Positions 1-10,030 of a stretch of 45,509 nucleotides of DNA are shown here, piece after piece. The notes below the pieces were generated by a model. The model had not been told where the DNA came from and did no database searches. It saw nothing but the letters and a program-made list of their open reading frames with translations. The stretch spans positions 158,235 to 203,743 of the forward strand of contig MFUV01000010.1 in assembly GCA_001787005.1 (NCBI GenBank), read 5' to 3'. Every line of letters starts with the position of its first letter. The first letter of the stretch is position 1. This DNA comes from Candidatus Nomurabacteria bacterium RIFCSPLOWO2_01_FULL_39_18 (GTDB lineage Bacteria > Patescibacteriota > Minisyncoccia > Phycocordibacterales > UBA9973). A program made the position numbers and the translations under genes.

Positions 1-173
1 TTCTCAAGGTCTGGCCTTTCCCCGGCTGTCAAAAAAGGCCACGTGATACTCGGCACAAAAACCCCATCGCAGATATCTATCTGAACGAGAGAAACAACTC
101 CGCGCACCAATGCAATTTTATTTTTAAAATCTTCATAATTTTTCGGCAATATTGCCGGAATTATTTCAATCAT
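1..173 (-). CDS. rpe: Ribulose-phosphate 3-epimerase, 5' part (runs off the window)
   Basis: Manual translation from ATG at 173: MIEIIPAILPKNYEDFKNKIALVRGVVSLVQIDICDGVFVPSITWPF, matching the Rpe IxPsIL and D-x-x-DG-x-FVP motifs; overlaps the rpiB stop; absent from the ORF track. Confidence 0.85.
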   Translation of the reverse strand, partial: MIEIIPAILPKNYEDFKNKIALVRGVVSLVQIDICDGVFVPSITWPFLTAGERPDLE

Positions 174-645
174 TAATTTTTATTGCGTCTATCTTTGCCA
201 ATCGTCTCACATGTCTTTCCCCCTCACTATATGGAGTCTTGAGCCAAAGGTTAACTGCATTCATCATGCTTTCTTCCGTGAAATACCTAGCCCCTAAAGA
301 TAAAATATTCGCATTGTTATGCTCCCTGGAACGAACCAGAACATCGGCTTCATCATCGACTACGCTATGCGACTTGCCATAATAAACTATTGTTCTTACG
401 TGAGGAAATTTATTCGCGGTAATTGCCTCTCCCTCTCCTGTAGCCCCCAGAATAATACCCTTGGCATTATCAGGGTCTTTTGAAATTTCACGGGCAACTG
501 GTATAACAAAATCAGGATAGTCGTCTCCTTCATCATACCCAAAAGCTCCTTTATCTATAACTTCGTGCCCTTGAGCCTTAAGCGATGAAACAAGCTTCTC
601 CTTTAAAACGTAGCCCGCATGATCTGTACCAACAAATATTTTCAT
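166..645 (-). CDS. rpiB: Ribose-5-phosphate isomerase B (RpiB/LacAB family)
   Basis: GTDHAG, DDYPD, ANKFP, SREHNNANILSLGAR, RHVRRL motifs. Confidence 0.93.
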   Translation of the reverse strand: MKIFVGTDHAGYVLKEKLVSSLKAQGHEVIDKGAFGYDEGDDYPDFVIPVAREISKDPDNAKGIILGATGEGEAITANKFPHVRTIVYYGKSHSVVDDEADVLVRSREHNNANILSLGARYFTEESMMNAVNLWLKTPYSEGERHVRRLAKIDAIKIND

Positions 646-721
646 AGTATTTATATTTTACCAAGATGGACTTTGAATAGCAATCTATGATTTATCCTTA
701 AATATGGAGTTGATTTGTAAT

Positions 722-735
722 GTAACATATGTTAC
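722..735. promoter_or_regulatory. Perfect 14-bp palindrome GTAACATATGTTAC, probable autoregulatory operator of the HTH/Doc pair
   Basis: Palindrome seen directly, just upstream of the likely ATG at 747 and downstream of TTGATT (710-715). Confidence 0.55.
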
Positions 736-746
736 CATACAAATAT

Positions 747-1001
747 ATGAATAAAAATATGTATTCAACTCAAGAGGTAGCAAATATACTGCACTTAAGC
801 AGAGTGGAGATTTTTAGGCGAATAAAATCTGGTAAGATAAAAGCTGAAAAAATTGGACGTAATTATGTTATCCCCTATGAATCTATTGAAGAAGTCTTAG
901 GAACAACGATTGGTACCCATAAAAGAAAAGAGATAGAAAAAGTAATTGATAAAGCATTAAAAGAATACGGAGAGGCATTCAAAAAGTTAAGTAGAGAATA
1001 A
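747..1001 (+). CDS. Excisionase-like HTH protein, probable antitoxin for Doc
   Basis: YSTQEVANILHLSRVEIFRRIKSGKIKAEKIGRNYVIP is a MerR-like/HTH_17 fold; C-terminal helix KEYGEAFKKL; stop overlaps the toxin start (TAATG). Start could be 729, 747 or 759. Confidence 0.75.
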   Translation: MNKNMYSTQEVANILHLSRVEIFRRIKSGKIKAEKIGRNYVIPYESIEEVLGTTIGTHKRKEIEKVIDKALKEYGEAFKKLSRE

Positions 1002-1432
1002 TGAGAACAAAAAAAATTACAGTAAAGGAAGTAGAATATGTTGCATTCTCATTCGCACAAAAGCTAATGACCTACAATGAGCCCATTCCAGAATTTGGTA
1101 CTAGATTCCCCAATATACTGGAAAGCTGCATCGAAACTCCATTTATGCAATTTAATAAGAAAGATTTATATAAAGGACTTATCGGAAAAGCTAGTGTTTT
1201 GTTCTATTTTGTAATTAAAAATCATCCATTTCAAAATGGTAACAAAAGAATAGCTGTTATGACTATGCTTTACCTTTGCCACAAAAATGGAAAGTGGATA
1301 AGAATGAGTAACGAAGATCTGTATAATTTTGCAAAAGGCATAGCCAGAAGTAAACCAACTTCTCGTGAAAAAATAATTATTCAAATTCAAAGAACTCTCA
1401 AAAAACATCTCATTGATTTAAGTAATGCTTAG
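1001..1432 (+). CDS. Fic/Doc family (death-on-curing type) toxin
   Basis: HPFQNGNKR is the Doc-type Fic motif (NKR rather than NGR). Confidence 0.88.
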   Translation: MRTKKITVKEVEYVAFSFAQKLMTYNEPIPEFGTRFPNILESCIETPFMQFNKKDLYKGLIGKASVLFYFVIKNHPFQNGNKRIAVMTMLYLCHKNGKWIRMSNEDLYNFAKGIARSKPTSREKIIIQIQRTLKKHLIDLSNA

Positions 1433-1489
1433 TTAAAGTTGATCAGGGCGCATGTATTTTATAATTAAAATATATCCGACAACAAAAAC

Positions 1490-2533
1490 TTATTTTATAG
1501 TATTTCCAGTTTTTATGACATGATCCACCAGAGTATATGTATACCCCATTTCATTGTCATACCAGCCCATAACTTTTACTAAATTGCCTCCCACCACGCG
1601 AGTGAGCCCTAGATCTGCAATACACCCATAAGGACTGCCTATGATATCGCTCGATACAAGCTCTTCTTCGGTCACGGAAAAAATCCCTTTCCATCTTTTG
1701 TCTTTCGCAGCGTTTTTAAGAATTTCATTAACCTCTTCTGCGGTAGTATTTTTCTTGGAGATAAAGGTAACATCCGCGATTGACCCCGCTATCATCGGCA
1801 CCCGCATAGCGAGACCATCAAAAAGTCCTTCGAGTTTTGGAAATGCTTTCGTCACCGCAATAGCTGAACCTGAAGATGTGGGCACTATATTGTGACCGCC
1901 TGCTCGCCCCTCTCGCATATTATGTTTATTGATGCTGTCAACAGTCGGCTGGCTGTTGGTCAGCGCGTGAACCGTATTTAGAACCGCTTTTTCAATTCCA
2001 AGTGACTCATCGAGAATTGCGATAAGAGGACTAGCCGCATTAGTGGTGCATGAAGCATTGGAAGTTACATCACAGGTACCGAATTTATCTTCATTTACGC
2101 CGAGCAAAATCGTCTCCCCCATAACTGTTCCATCTTCGTCTTTGGCTGGAGCAGAAATGACAACTTTTTTCGCACCGGCATTAAGATGCATTTTGGATTG
2201 TTCATAGGTTACAAAAAATCCGGTAGACTCCACCACGACATCAACACCTAGATCTTTCCACGGAAGAAGCTTGGGATCTTTTTCCGCTAAAACTTTCACC
2301 TTCTTATCATCAATAATAATATAGTTATCTCCCGTCCCGTTAGAGTTTTCAACTCGTACGGGATGTTTCCATTCTCCATAAGCCGTATCATGTCTAAGCA
2401 AGTATCCCATATTTTTAACATCAGAGAGGTCATTAACCGCCACTATCTCAATCTCTGGTCTCTCCCAGGCAATTTTAAAAAATGCTCTGCCGATCCGTCC
2501 GAAACCGTTTATGCCAACTTTGATTTTTTTCAT
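1490..2533 (-). CDS. gap: Glyceraldehyde-3-phosphate dehydrogenase, type I
   Basis: GINGFGRIGR, catalytic SNASCTTN, WYDNE motifs. Confidence 0.97.
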   Translation of the reverse strand: MKKIKVGINGFGRIGRAFFKIAWERPEIEIVAVNDLSDVKNMGYLLRHDTAYGEWKHPVRVENSNGTGDNYIIIDDKKVKVLAEKDPKLLPWKDLGVDVVVESTGFFVTYEQSKMHLNAGAKKVVISAPAKDEDGTVMGETILLGVNEDKFGTCDVTSNASCTTNAASPLIAILDESLGIEKAVLNTVHALTNSQPTVDSINKHNMREGRAGGHNIVPTSSGSAIAVTKAFPKLEGLFDGLAMRVPMIAGSIADVTFISKKNTTAEEVNEILKNAAKDKRWKGIFSVTEEELVSSDIIGSPYGCIADLGLTRVVGGNLVKVMGWYDNEMGYTYTLVDHVIKTGNTIK

Positions 2534-2602
2534 GACTTAATTATACCAAAAATAAAGAAAAAGTGTATAATCAAAAAAAGGAAAAAGAAGCAAAATTCGT
2601 AC

Positions 2603-2643
2603 ATCTGCGCCCCGAAGGAAAGAGTACTTCCTACGGGGCAGGT
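2603..2643. repeat. GC-rich REP-like hairpin upstream of dnaE
   Basis: GCCCCG-A-AGGAA...TTCCT-A-CGGGGC stem; minus strand begins ACCTGCCC, as does the element inside def. Confidence 0.55.
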
Positions 2644-2660
2644 ACCCACTCGCTAGATAT

Positions 2661-5600
2661 ATGAACCAACAATTTATACATTTACACACGCATAGTCATT
2701 ACTCTTTGCTAGACGGGCTTTCCAAACTTGAAGATTTAGTTGATTTAGCTAAAAAGTTCAACATGCCTGCCATAGCCCTGACCGATCATGGCAACATGTA
2801 TGGCGCTATTGAATTTTATAAATTGGCCAAAGCGGCGAGAATAAAGCCAATAATTGGGGTGGAGGCGTATGTAGCAAATCGCACGAGACTAGATAAAGAT
2901 CCTGGTATAGACAATAAAAGATACCATCTGACACTCCTGGCAAAGAATCTTCAGGGTTACAAAAACCTAATGAAGCTTGTGACGATTTCCAACCTAGAAG
3001 GATATTATTACAAGCCCCGCATGGATAAAGAAATTTTACGGAAATATTCGAGCGGGATAATAGCCCTCTCTGGATGCCTCGGCGGAGAGTTGTCTCGAGC
3101 ACTTGCCAACAAAGATGAAGAAAAGGCGGAAGCAATAATAAAAGAACATCAAGAAATTTTCGGCAAAGAAAATTATTTTCTAGAAATTCAAAAGCATTCC
3201 AAAATGCCGGACGACGAGCATGTCCGCGAAGGCATTATTGCCTTTAGTAAAAAATTAAATATCCCGCTTGTGGCCACTATTGATTCGCACTATCCATGCT
3301 TGGACGACAGCAAGGCTCATGACACATTGCTTTCTATCCAAACAAACTCTGATATAAAAGATGAAAACAAATTTTCTTTTGGCGAAGATGACTACTCTTT
3401 TATAAGCCCCGAGGAAGCAATTGGGCTTTTTAAAGACACACCGGAAGCGATCGAAAACACATTGAAAGTAGCAGATATGTGCGAACTAGAACTGGAACTT
3501 GGTAAATGGATTTTCCCTAATTTTAAGATCGAAAGTGGTAAAACTCCGGATGAAGAACTGCGATATTTGGTGTTACAAGGCTACGAGCGGCTAAAACTCA
3601 AAGAAACAGCTGAAATAAAAGAACGTGTAGAATACGAGCTCGGGGTCATCTTTAAGAAAGGTTTCTCACCTTATTTATTGGTAGTGGGAGATCTTTTACG
3701 ATATGCCCGAGAAAGTGGAATTCTTTACGCAATTCGTGGCTCAATAGCCGGTTCAATGGTTACGTATTTGATTGGTATAACAAATATAAATCCAATCGAA
3801 TACAAACTTCCTTTCGAACGTTTTCTAAATCCTTATCGTCCCTCCGCACCAGACATAGACATGGACTTCGCCGATAATCGCCGAGATGAAATTATTAAAT
3901 ACATGAAGAAAAAATACGGCGAAGACAGAGTCGCCCAGATTGGAACTTTCGGCACGATGATGGCGCGCGGCGCCGTGCGCGATGTAGCGCGTGCGCTTGC
4001 TCACCCCTATACCGTCGGCGACAGAATTTCCAAAATGATTCCGCTTGGCGCGCAAGGCATGCCCATGACACTAGACCATGCCATGGAAATAGTTCCAGAA
4101 TTAAAAGCCGCTTATAGAGACGAAAAAGATACAAAGGAAATAATCGATTTAGCGAGAAAACTCGAGGGTTGCGTACGCCATGTGTCAGTACATGCCGCCG
4201 GCGTCGTCATGGCACCCACACCTCTCACCGAATACGTACCATTGCAATACGATCCAAAAGGTGAGGACATAATCACCCAATATGATATGTATGCTCTTGA
4301 CCCTAACGCTGGAGGAGAGATGACAGTAGGGTTGCTAAAGTTTGATATATTGGGTATTCGCAATTTAGCGATTCTAGCTGATGCAGTTAGCTTGGTAAAA
4401 AAATTCTATAACATTGATATCGACATAGATCGTATAGAGCTTGATGACAAAAAAACTTTCACCCTACTCTCTAATGGCCAGACGGAAGGATTGTTCCAGT
4501 TAAACGGCGCCGGCATGACCAGGTATCTAAAAGAATTAAAACCGACAAGTATTCATGATATTAACGCGATGGTTGCCCTTTATCGACCAGGACCGATGGA
4601 GACTATTCCGGAATACATCAAACGCAAACATAACCCGCAACTTGTGAAATATCTAGACCCAAGGATGAAAAAATATTTGGGAGAATCTTTCGGACTCATT
4701 GTCTACCAAGATGACCTGCTCCTCTCGGCCATAGAACTTGCCGGCTATAACTGGGAAGAAGCAGACAAATTTCGTAAAGCTGTCGGTAAAAAAATTCCAA
4801 AAGAAATGGCCGCCCAGAGGGAAAAATTTACGCAAGGGATAATAAAAAATGGCCAGACGCCAGAATTTGCCGAGAAACTCTGGAAACTTTTCGAACCCTT
4901 TCAGGCTTATGGTTTTAACAAGGCTCACGCAGCTTCGTATGGAAAGGTGGCATATCAGACGGCCTACATGAAAGCAAATTATCCAGTGGAATATATGGCA
5001 TCTATATTAACTGCCGAGAGTGGCGACGTAGAGCAAATCGGAACAATCATCAATGAATGTAAAAATATGAAAATTTCGGTTCTGCCTCCGCACATCAATG
5101 AAAGTTATGGCGGATTCACCTGTCTCCCCGGCAAACCCAACACAACAATAAATGAAGACAATAAAAGCGAGAAAATAAGATTTGGATTCTACACTATAAA
5201 AAATTTGGGAACTGATATTTCGGATGCCATAATTGCCGAACGCAAAGAAAGGGGAAAATTTAAATCAATTGCCGATTTCCTTGAAAGAATCAAGCATAAA
5301 AATTTAAACAAGAAATCTATGGAAGCACTGATAAAGTCCGGAAGCATGGACGACTGGGGTGACAGAGGAATAATGCTTGCGAACCTTGAAGGAATGCTCG
5401 AATACAATCACGAAACCGGAAAACAGAATGAGAATCAAGTTTCTCTTTTCGGCGGAATGACAGAGGTTAAAGCGCCAGAGTTTAAATTAAAAGATGCATC
5501 AAAAGCAACTCAAGCAGAAAAACTTCTGTGGGAAAAAGAATTGTTGGGACTTTATATTTCTGGCCATCCTCTCGACCGTCTGCGCGAGAAGCTCGAGAGT

Positions 5601-5888
5601 AGAACCATGAATGTCAAAAAAATAAAAGAGGAGATGGGCAATGGCATGCAAGTAACCATCGCCGGAATCATAGAAACTGTCCGGCAAGTCGTGACGAAAA
5701 ATAATGAAAGGATGGCATTCCTTAAAATCGGAGACCTGACTGGCTCTATTGAAGCTGTCGCCTTTCCTTCAATCTTCAAAGAATCAATCGATATCTTAGC
5801 CCCCGAAAAATGCATCGCCCTCTCCGGCAAAGTCAGTAACCGCCAAGGCGAAAAAAGCATTATCATAGAAGCGGTGAAGGAGATTTGA
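2661..5888 (+). CDS. dnaE: DNA polymerase III alpha subunit
   Basis: [50 protein letters not shown]-terminal OB fold. Confidence 0.98.
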   Translation: MNQQFIHLHTHSHYSLLDGLSKLEDLVDLAKKFNMPAIALTDHGNMYGAIEFYKLAKAARIKPIIGVEAYVANRTRLDKDPGIDNKRYHLTLLAKNLQGYKNLMKLVTISNLEGYYYKPRMDKEILRKYSSGIIALSGCLGGELSRALANKDEEKAEAIIKEHQEIFGKENYFLEIQKHSKMPDDEHVREGIIAFSKKLNIPLVATIDSHYPCLDDSKAHDTLLSIQTNSDIKDENKFSFGEDDYSFISPEEAIGLFKDTPEAIENTLKVADMCELELELGKWIFPNFKIESGKTPDEELRYLVLQGYERLKLKETAEIKERVEYELGVIFKKGFSPYLLVVGDLLRYARESGILYAIRGSIAGSMVTYLIGITNINPIEYKLPFERFLNPYRPSAPDIDMDFADNRRDEIIKYMKKKYGEDRVAQIGTFGTMMARGAVRDVARALAHPYTVGDRISKMIPLGAQGMPMTLDHAMEIVPELKAAYRDEKDTKEIIDLARKLEGCVRHVSVHAAGVVMAPTPLTEYVPLQYDPKGEDIITQYDMYALDPNAGGEMTVGLLKFDILGIRNLAILADAVSLVKKFYNIDIDIDRIELDDKKTFTLLSNGQTEGLFQLNGAGMTRYLKELKPTSIHDINAMVALYRPGPMETIPEYIKRKHNPQLVKYLDPRMKKYLGESFGLIVYQDDLLLSAIELAGYNWEEADKFRKAVGKKIPKEMAAQREKFTQGIIKNGQTPEFAEKLWKLFEPFQAYGFNKAHAASYGKVAYQTAYMKANYPVEYMASILTAESGDVEQIGTIINECKNMKISVLPPHINESYGGFTCLPGKPNTTINEDNKSEKIRFGFYTIKNLGTDISDAIIAERKERGKFKSIADFLERIKHKNLNKKSMEALIKSGSMDDWGDRGIMLANLEGMLEYNHETGKQNENQVSLFGGMTEVKAPEFKLKDASKATQAEKLLWEKELLGLYISGHPLDRLREKLESRTMNVKKIKEEMGNGMQVTIAGIIETVRQVVTKNNERMAFLKIGDLTGSIEAVAFPSIFKESIDILAPEKCIALSGKVSNRQGEKSIIIEAVKEI

Positions 5889-5908
5889 CTCCTGCATCTC
5901 CCACACCC

Positions 5909-5927
5909 CCACATGTCAGACATGTGG
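5909..5927. repeat. Palindrome copy 1, CCACATGTC-A-GACATGTGG; provides the transposase stop codon
   Basis: Perfect 9-bp arms; the TGA at 5916-5918 (minus strand) lies within it. Confidence 0.9.
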
Positions 5928-6614
5928 AGAATAGCCAGTCCAATCAAAAATTTCTTTGTTGAAGTCATCAGTATTATTGAAATACTTGGGAAAATCAGAA
6001 AGATTTAAGATAGAATTTTCTCTACGAACAATCCCCTTGTGGTCAAGATAACTACTCCATTTATAGTTAGTTAAAAATTCTAGAACGATTTTTTTGTCTT
6101 TTATACCATTTTCCTTCCATTTACTATCAATCAATTTCACCGGGTTCAAATGAATATAAGAAAAAAGATACTTAGCTTGGACATCTTTTGAAACAAGCAC
6201 AGACTTAAATGGACCTTCAAAAAGACCGCCTCTATGATTATATTTTGCATTAAAATATTTAGAATATGCAGTCAAAAGCTTTCTTATAAATTCAGAAATC
6301 TGATTCTTCCCCCACATGTCTGACATGTGGGAATTTTTAGGATTTATTGTTAAATAAATATGAAAATGATTTGGCATTAAAACCCATGCGCCGATAGATA
6401 CTAATAGTTCCCCCCTAACAAATTCAAAGGCGTCTATTTTCACATCGACTATATCGTCACGAAACTTAAAGTTTTTATATGTATTACAAACAAAAAGACA
6501 TTTTATAAAATGACGATAATCATTATTATCTAGAAAAATTTTTTGCTTACTGTTCCCTCTATTGTAAATATGATAATACTCTCCGGAAACAAAAGGATGT
6601 TTTCTTGTTGCCAT
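5916..6614 (-). mobile_element. Y1/HUH tyrosine transposase (RAYT/IS200-like)
   Basis: YYHIYNRG, HUH motif LMPNHFH, YSKYFN..Y...GxLFEG.FKS, catalytic YIHLNP, YKWSSY. Confidence 0.9.
6311..6331. repeat. Palindrome copy 2 inside the transposase CDS (translated SHMSDMWG)
   Basis: CCCACATGTC-T-GACATGTGGG, perfect 10-bp arms, opposite orientation to the outer copies. Confidence 0.9.
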
Positions 6615-6636
6615 GACCTTGACCTTATTATATCAT

Positions 6637-6661
6637 TTCCCACATGTCAGACATGTGGGAA
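6637..6661. repeat. Palindrome copy 3 at the transposase promoter
   Basis: TTCCCACATGTC-A-GACATGTGGGAA, perfect 12-bp arms, directly upstream of a TGATATAAT extended -10 on the minus strand. Confidence 0.9.
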
Positions 6662-6707
6662 TGTGAGGATACTTGCTCATAAAATCCTCTTCTGGTAGCA
6701 TTTAACT

Positions 6708-7193
6708 ATGCCTGAAGGGAAAACATCATTTTTGGATAGAACAATGGAAAGATTGATGGAGGAAGATGAACCCAAAAAATGGTTTGATCTAAATGAAGTT
6801 GTATCTTGCCGAGTAGAAGACGATAATGAAATAAGTATTCACTTAGAATCAAAACAAGAAAAACCATTAGTAAATTTAAAATCCCTAGCAAGATCTGGAC
6901 TAGAAAAATTGGCCGAAATGTTAGAAAAGGAAGATCGATTTAAAAAAATCAAGCTCGTAACAGCAACCTCGTGGGTTGTAACCGAACATCCTGACCTTAT
7001 TACCAAAGCTCTAGGTTTCACCATTGATAATGAGAATAAATTTATAAATAGTTCTGTCAGAAAAATAAGGTATAAATACAAAAAGAAAAACATTCCCTTA
7101 AACAAAATATTCATAAAGCCCGGATTTGCTTTTATGTCAAGGGAGGAATTTCTAGATCGTTTTGGGAGCAAGAACAAAAAGAAAAATATATAA
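6708..7193 (+). CDS. Hypothetical protein
   Basis: 161-aa ORF with normal composition; no family recognised with confidence. Confidence 0.65.
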   Translation: MPEGKTSFLDRTMERLMEEDEPKKWFDLNEVVSCRVEDDNEISIHLESKQEKPLVNLKSLARSGLEKLAEMLEKEDRFKKIKLVTATSWVVTEHPDLITKALGFTIDNENKFINSSVRKIRYKYKKKNIPLNKIFIKPGFAFMSREEFLDRFGSKNKKKNI

Positions 7194-7228
7194 AAAGAGT
7201 TTAATTTTAATTAATAATTATAAAAAAA

Positions 7229-7426
7229 ATGAAACCAAGAATAGAAAAACCAATAAGTTCTGCGCCAACACAGAATGATTTAGATTTTAGAACAGATGCG
7301 GAATTAGTAAAAAGCATCAGAGAAAAAAGAGCAGGAGGAGTTCCCCTAGACGAGAGAGAAGGAAAGTTTGTAGATGAACAACAGAAGGAAGACAGAGAAG
7401 ATAGGGACAGATTGTATAGACAATAA
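7229..7426 (+). CDS. Small charged hypothetical protein
   Basis: 65-aa ORF after an A/T-rich leader, purine-rich coding strand. Confidence 0.55.
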   Translation: MKPRIEKPISSAPTQNDLDFRTDAELVKSIREKRAGGVPLDEREGKFVDEQQKEDREDRDRLYRQ

Positions 7427-7431
7427 CAACA

Positions 7432-7971
7432 TTAATTATACATACTCATCGCTTTATCTTTGCCTTCAGAAAAAATAACTTCGACCGCTTCGGTTATTTT
7501 CTTTGAAAGCTTTTTCAATATTTCCAGCTCTGGTTTTTTAAATTCTCCGAGAATAAAATTAATCACCGCCTTTTTCCCTTTCGGTTTTTTAATTTTGCCA
7601 GATGGAGTTACGGAAGCTATTCCAATCCTAATTCTGGTAAATTCTTGACTCTTTAATGATTTGATAATGGAACCAAGTCCGTTGTGCCCGCCCGAAGATC
7701 GATTGAAGGAAATTTTCATTTTTCCTAGTGGCAAATCGATGTCATCGTACACCACCACCAGATCTTTCAAATCTTTTTTGCTTTTCACCAGTGGTGCCAC
7801 AGCACGCCCTGAATTGTTCATAAAGGTATCAGGCATAAGAAATTTTATTTTCTGTTTTTCATTTTCGCTACCCCATTTTTTTTCAATCATAGAGACCACG
7901 ATACGTCCAGTATTGTGCCTTGTGTTTTCATATTCTTCGCCAGGATTCCCTAAGCCTACTAAAATTTTCAT
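7432..7971 (-). CDS. pth: Peptidyl-tRNA hydrolase
   Basis: LVGLGNPG, TRHNTG, FMNNSG, DDIDLP, GGHNG; true start is MKILV at 7971 (track ORF overextended). Confidence 0.95.
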   Translation of the reverse strand: MKILVGLGNPGEEYENTRHNTGRIVVSMIEKKWGSENEKQKIKFLMPDTFMNNSGRAVAPLVKSKKDLKDLVVVYDDIDLPLGKMKISFNRSSGGHNGLGSIIKSLKSQEFTRIRIGIASVTPSGKIKKPKGKKAVINFILGEFKKPELEILKKLSKKITEAVEVIFSEGKDKAMSMYN

Positions 7972-7990
7972 TTTTACATAATAACACAAA

Positions 7991-8037
7991 ACCTCACCCT
8001 TCGCCCCTTCCGAGACTCGGAGAGGGTTGGGAGAGGT
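7991..8037. repeat. Imperfect GC-rich hairpin between divergent pth and lepB promoters
   Basis: ACCTC..CCC..TCCGA-GAC-TCGGA..GGG..GAGGT. Confidence 0.4.
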
Positions 8038-8102
8038 GAATTTATAACTACGCAACAAACTTTCTCGCCTTGTCAAGACTTTTGTGTGATATATTGATGT
8101 GT

Positions 8103-8702
8103 ATGGAAGGTGAAATAGTCGAAGAAAAAAAGCAGCCGGAAGAAAAATCGGAGTCCGCCAAGCAGTCATTCTGGGAACTTGTACGTTTTGCACTTTTGGC
8201 CTTACTTATTGTTGCCCCTATTCGCGTCCTAGTAGCGGAACCTTTCGTCGTCTCGGGAGCTTCGATGGTTCCCACATTTTTGGATGGAGATTATTTAGTG
8301 GTAGACAAATTATCTTACAAATTAAATGACCCCGAGAGATACGATGTTATTATTTTTAAATACCCCAACGATACCACAAAATTTTTTATAAAAAGAATAA
8401 TTGGACTTCCAAATGAAACAGTGGACATAAAGGGTAGCGTCATAACCATAACGAACGCTTTACATAAAGATGGATTTAAAATTGATCAGCCTTTTGTAAA
8501 AAATACTGCAAATAATAATAATACACATTATGAAATAAAGAGCGGTGAATATTTTGTCATGGGCGACAACAGATCCGCTAGCTCGGATTCAAGATACTGG
8601 GGAGGAGTCAAAAGAGAATTAATTTCAGGAAAAGCGCTTCTGCGCTTATTGCCAATAAAAAATATTGGCGTTTTTCCTGGTCAATATGAACAATCAGAAT
8701 AA
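8103..8702 (+). CDS. lepB: Signal peptidase I
   Basis: TM segment, VSGASMVPT (catalytic Ser), FIKRIIGLP (catalytic Lys), GDNRSASSDSR. Confidence 0.95.
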   Translation: MEGEIVEEKKQPEEKSESAKQSFWELVRFALLALLIVAPIRVLVAEPFVVSGASMVPTFLDGDYLVVDKLSYKLNDPERYDVIIFKYPNDTTKFFIKRIIGLPNETVDIKGSVITITNALHKDGFKIDQPFVKNTANNNNTHYEIKSGEYFVMGDNRSASSDSRYWGGVKRELISGKALLRLLPIKNIGVFPGQYEQSE

Positions 8703-8704
8703 AA

Positions 8705-10021
8705 ATGAAAAAGACGCGTCATACAAAAACAGCACAAAAGAGTAGCAAGATGTCAAATATATCCTCGCCCAAAGGAATGCGAGATCTGATGAATGATGAG
8801 TATTATGCTTTTCAGGGTTTTTTTGAAAAGGCGCAAGAAGTGGCCGTGTATTATGGCTTTAAACCGCTCGAAACCCCGATGCTGGAACACGAAGAAATTT
8901 TTACCACGGGCATAGGAGAAGGCACAGACATCGTAGACAAAGAAATGTATACACTAAAGACAAAAGGAGGAGACCATTTGGCTCTGCGACCCGAACATAC
9001 TGCGCCATTAGTGCGGGCTTATATTGAACACGGTATGCAAACTTTGCCCCAGCCGGTAATGCTTTACCATTCTGGTCCAGTTTTCAGGCATGACAAGCCC
9101 CAGAAGGGGCGCTACAGGCAATTCTGGCAATTTGATGCGGACGCGTTGGGATCCGAAAAAAGCATCATGGATGCGGTGATTATAAAAACTTGCATGAGTA
9201 TTTTGGAAGAAGCCGGAGCAGAAAATCTTTCGGTAGATATAAACTCAATCGGCGATAAAGAATGTCGCAATGGATACATCCGGGAACTAACAAATTATTA
9301 CAAGAAACACATAAATAGTCTGTCGACCATTGATCGAGAACGATTAAAAATAAACCCGCTCCGCATCCTGGACTCCAAAGAAGAGAAAACAATCGCAATA
9401 AATGAAGGGGCTCCGGACTCGGTTTCGTTTCTGTGCCCTTCCTGCAAGAAACATTTTAAGGAAGTGCTGGAATATTTGGAAGAAATGAATATTCAATATA
9501 ACTTAAATAAAAATCTGGTGCGCGGACTTTCGTATTATACTCGCACTGTTTTTGAAATTATCGAGCAAGCAGGCAGTGAAGAGAGCGCGCCAATGGCCCT
9601 CGCGGGCGGCGGACGCTATGACTATCTGGCTCGCCAAATAGGTTCAAAGAAAGATGTCCCTTGCGTGGGATTTTCGATTGGAGTGGATAGAATAGTCGCA
9701 TCTCCCTGGTATAAAAAGCTCGCACCCCGCATATTAAAGAAACCAAAAATTTATTTTATCCAGCTTGGCTCTGAGGCAAAATTGAAAAGCCTGAATGTGA
9801 TCGAGATATTGCGCAAGGCGCATATCCCCATTGCCCAATCACTTTCTAAAGATAGTCTTGGATCTCAATTAGCCATTGCCGAAAAGCTCTCTATCCCCTA
9901 CGCCATAATCTTCGGAGTTAAGGAGGCGCTGGATAATTCCGTAATAGTGCGAAATATGGGCAATCGTTCCCAGGACACTGTGAAATTAGGAAAACTTCTA
10001 GAATATTTGAAGGAACTATAA
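8705..10021 (+). CDS. hisS: Histidine--tRNA ligase
   Basis: PKGMRD, LRPEHT, GRYRQFWQ, LVRGLSYY, GGGRYD. Confidence 0.97.
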   Translation: MKKTRHTKTAQKSSKMSNISSPKGMRDLMNDEYYAFQGFFEKAQEVAVYYGFKPLETPMLEHEEIFTTGIGEGTDIVDKEMYTLKTKGGDHLALRPEHTAPLVRAYIEHGMQTLPQPVMLYHSGPVFRHDKPQKGRYRQFWQFDADALGSEKSIMDAVIIKTCMSILEEAGAENLSVDINSIGDKECRNGYIRELTNYYKKHINSLSTIDRERLKINPLRILDSKEEKTIAINEGAPDSVSFLCPSCKKHFKEVLEYLEEMNIQYNLNKNLVRGLSYYTRTVFEIIEQAGSEESAPMALAGGGRYDYLARQIGSKKDVPCVGFSIGVDRIVASPWYKKLAPRILKKPKIYFIQLGSEAKLKSLNVIEILRKAHIPIAQSLSKDSLGSQLAIAEKLSIPYAIIFGVKEALDNSVIVRNMGNRSQDTVKLGKLLEYLKEL

Positions 10022-10030
10022 TAAATAGAG

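Noticed and set aside
2661-5888. Intein or split in DnaE
   Set aside because: Length is normal and there are no intein splice motifs
5552-5968. 138-aa antisense ORF containing HMSDMWG
   Set aside because: Shadow ORF over the dnaE 3' end; the shared peptide only reflects the DNA palindrome
7972-8193. 74-aa N-terminal extension of Pth in the ORF track
   Set aside because: Overlaps lepB on the opposite strand; a -10 box sits 6 nt before the canonical MKILVGLGNPG start
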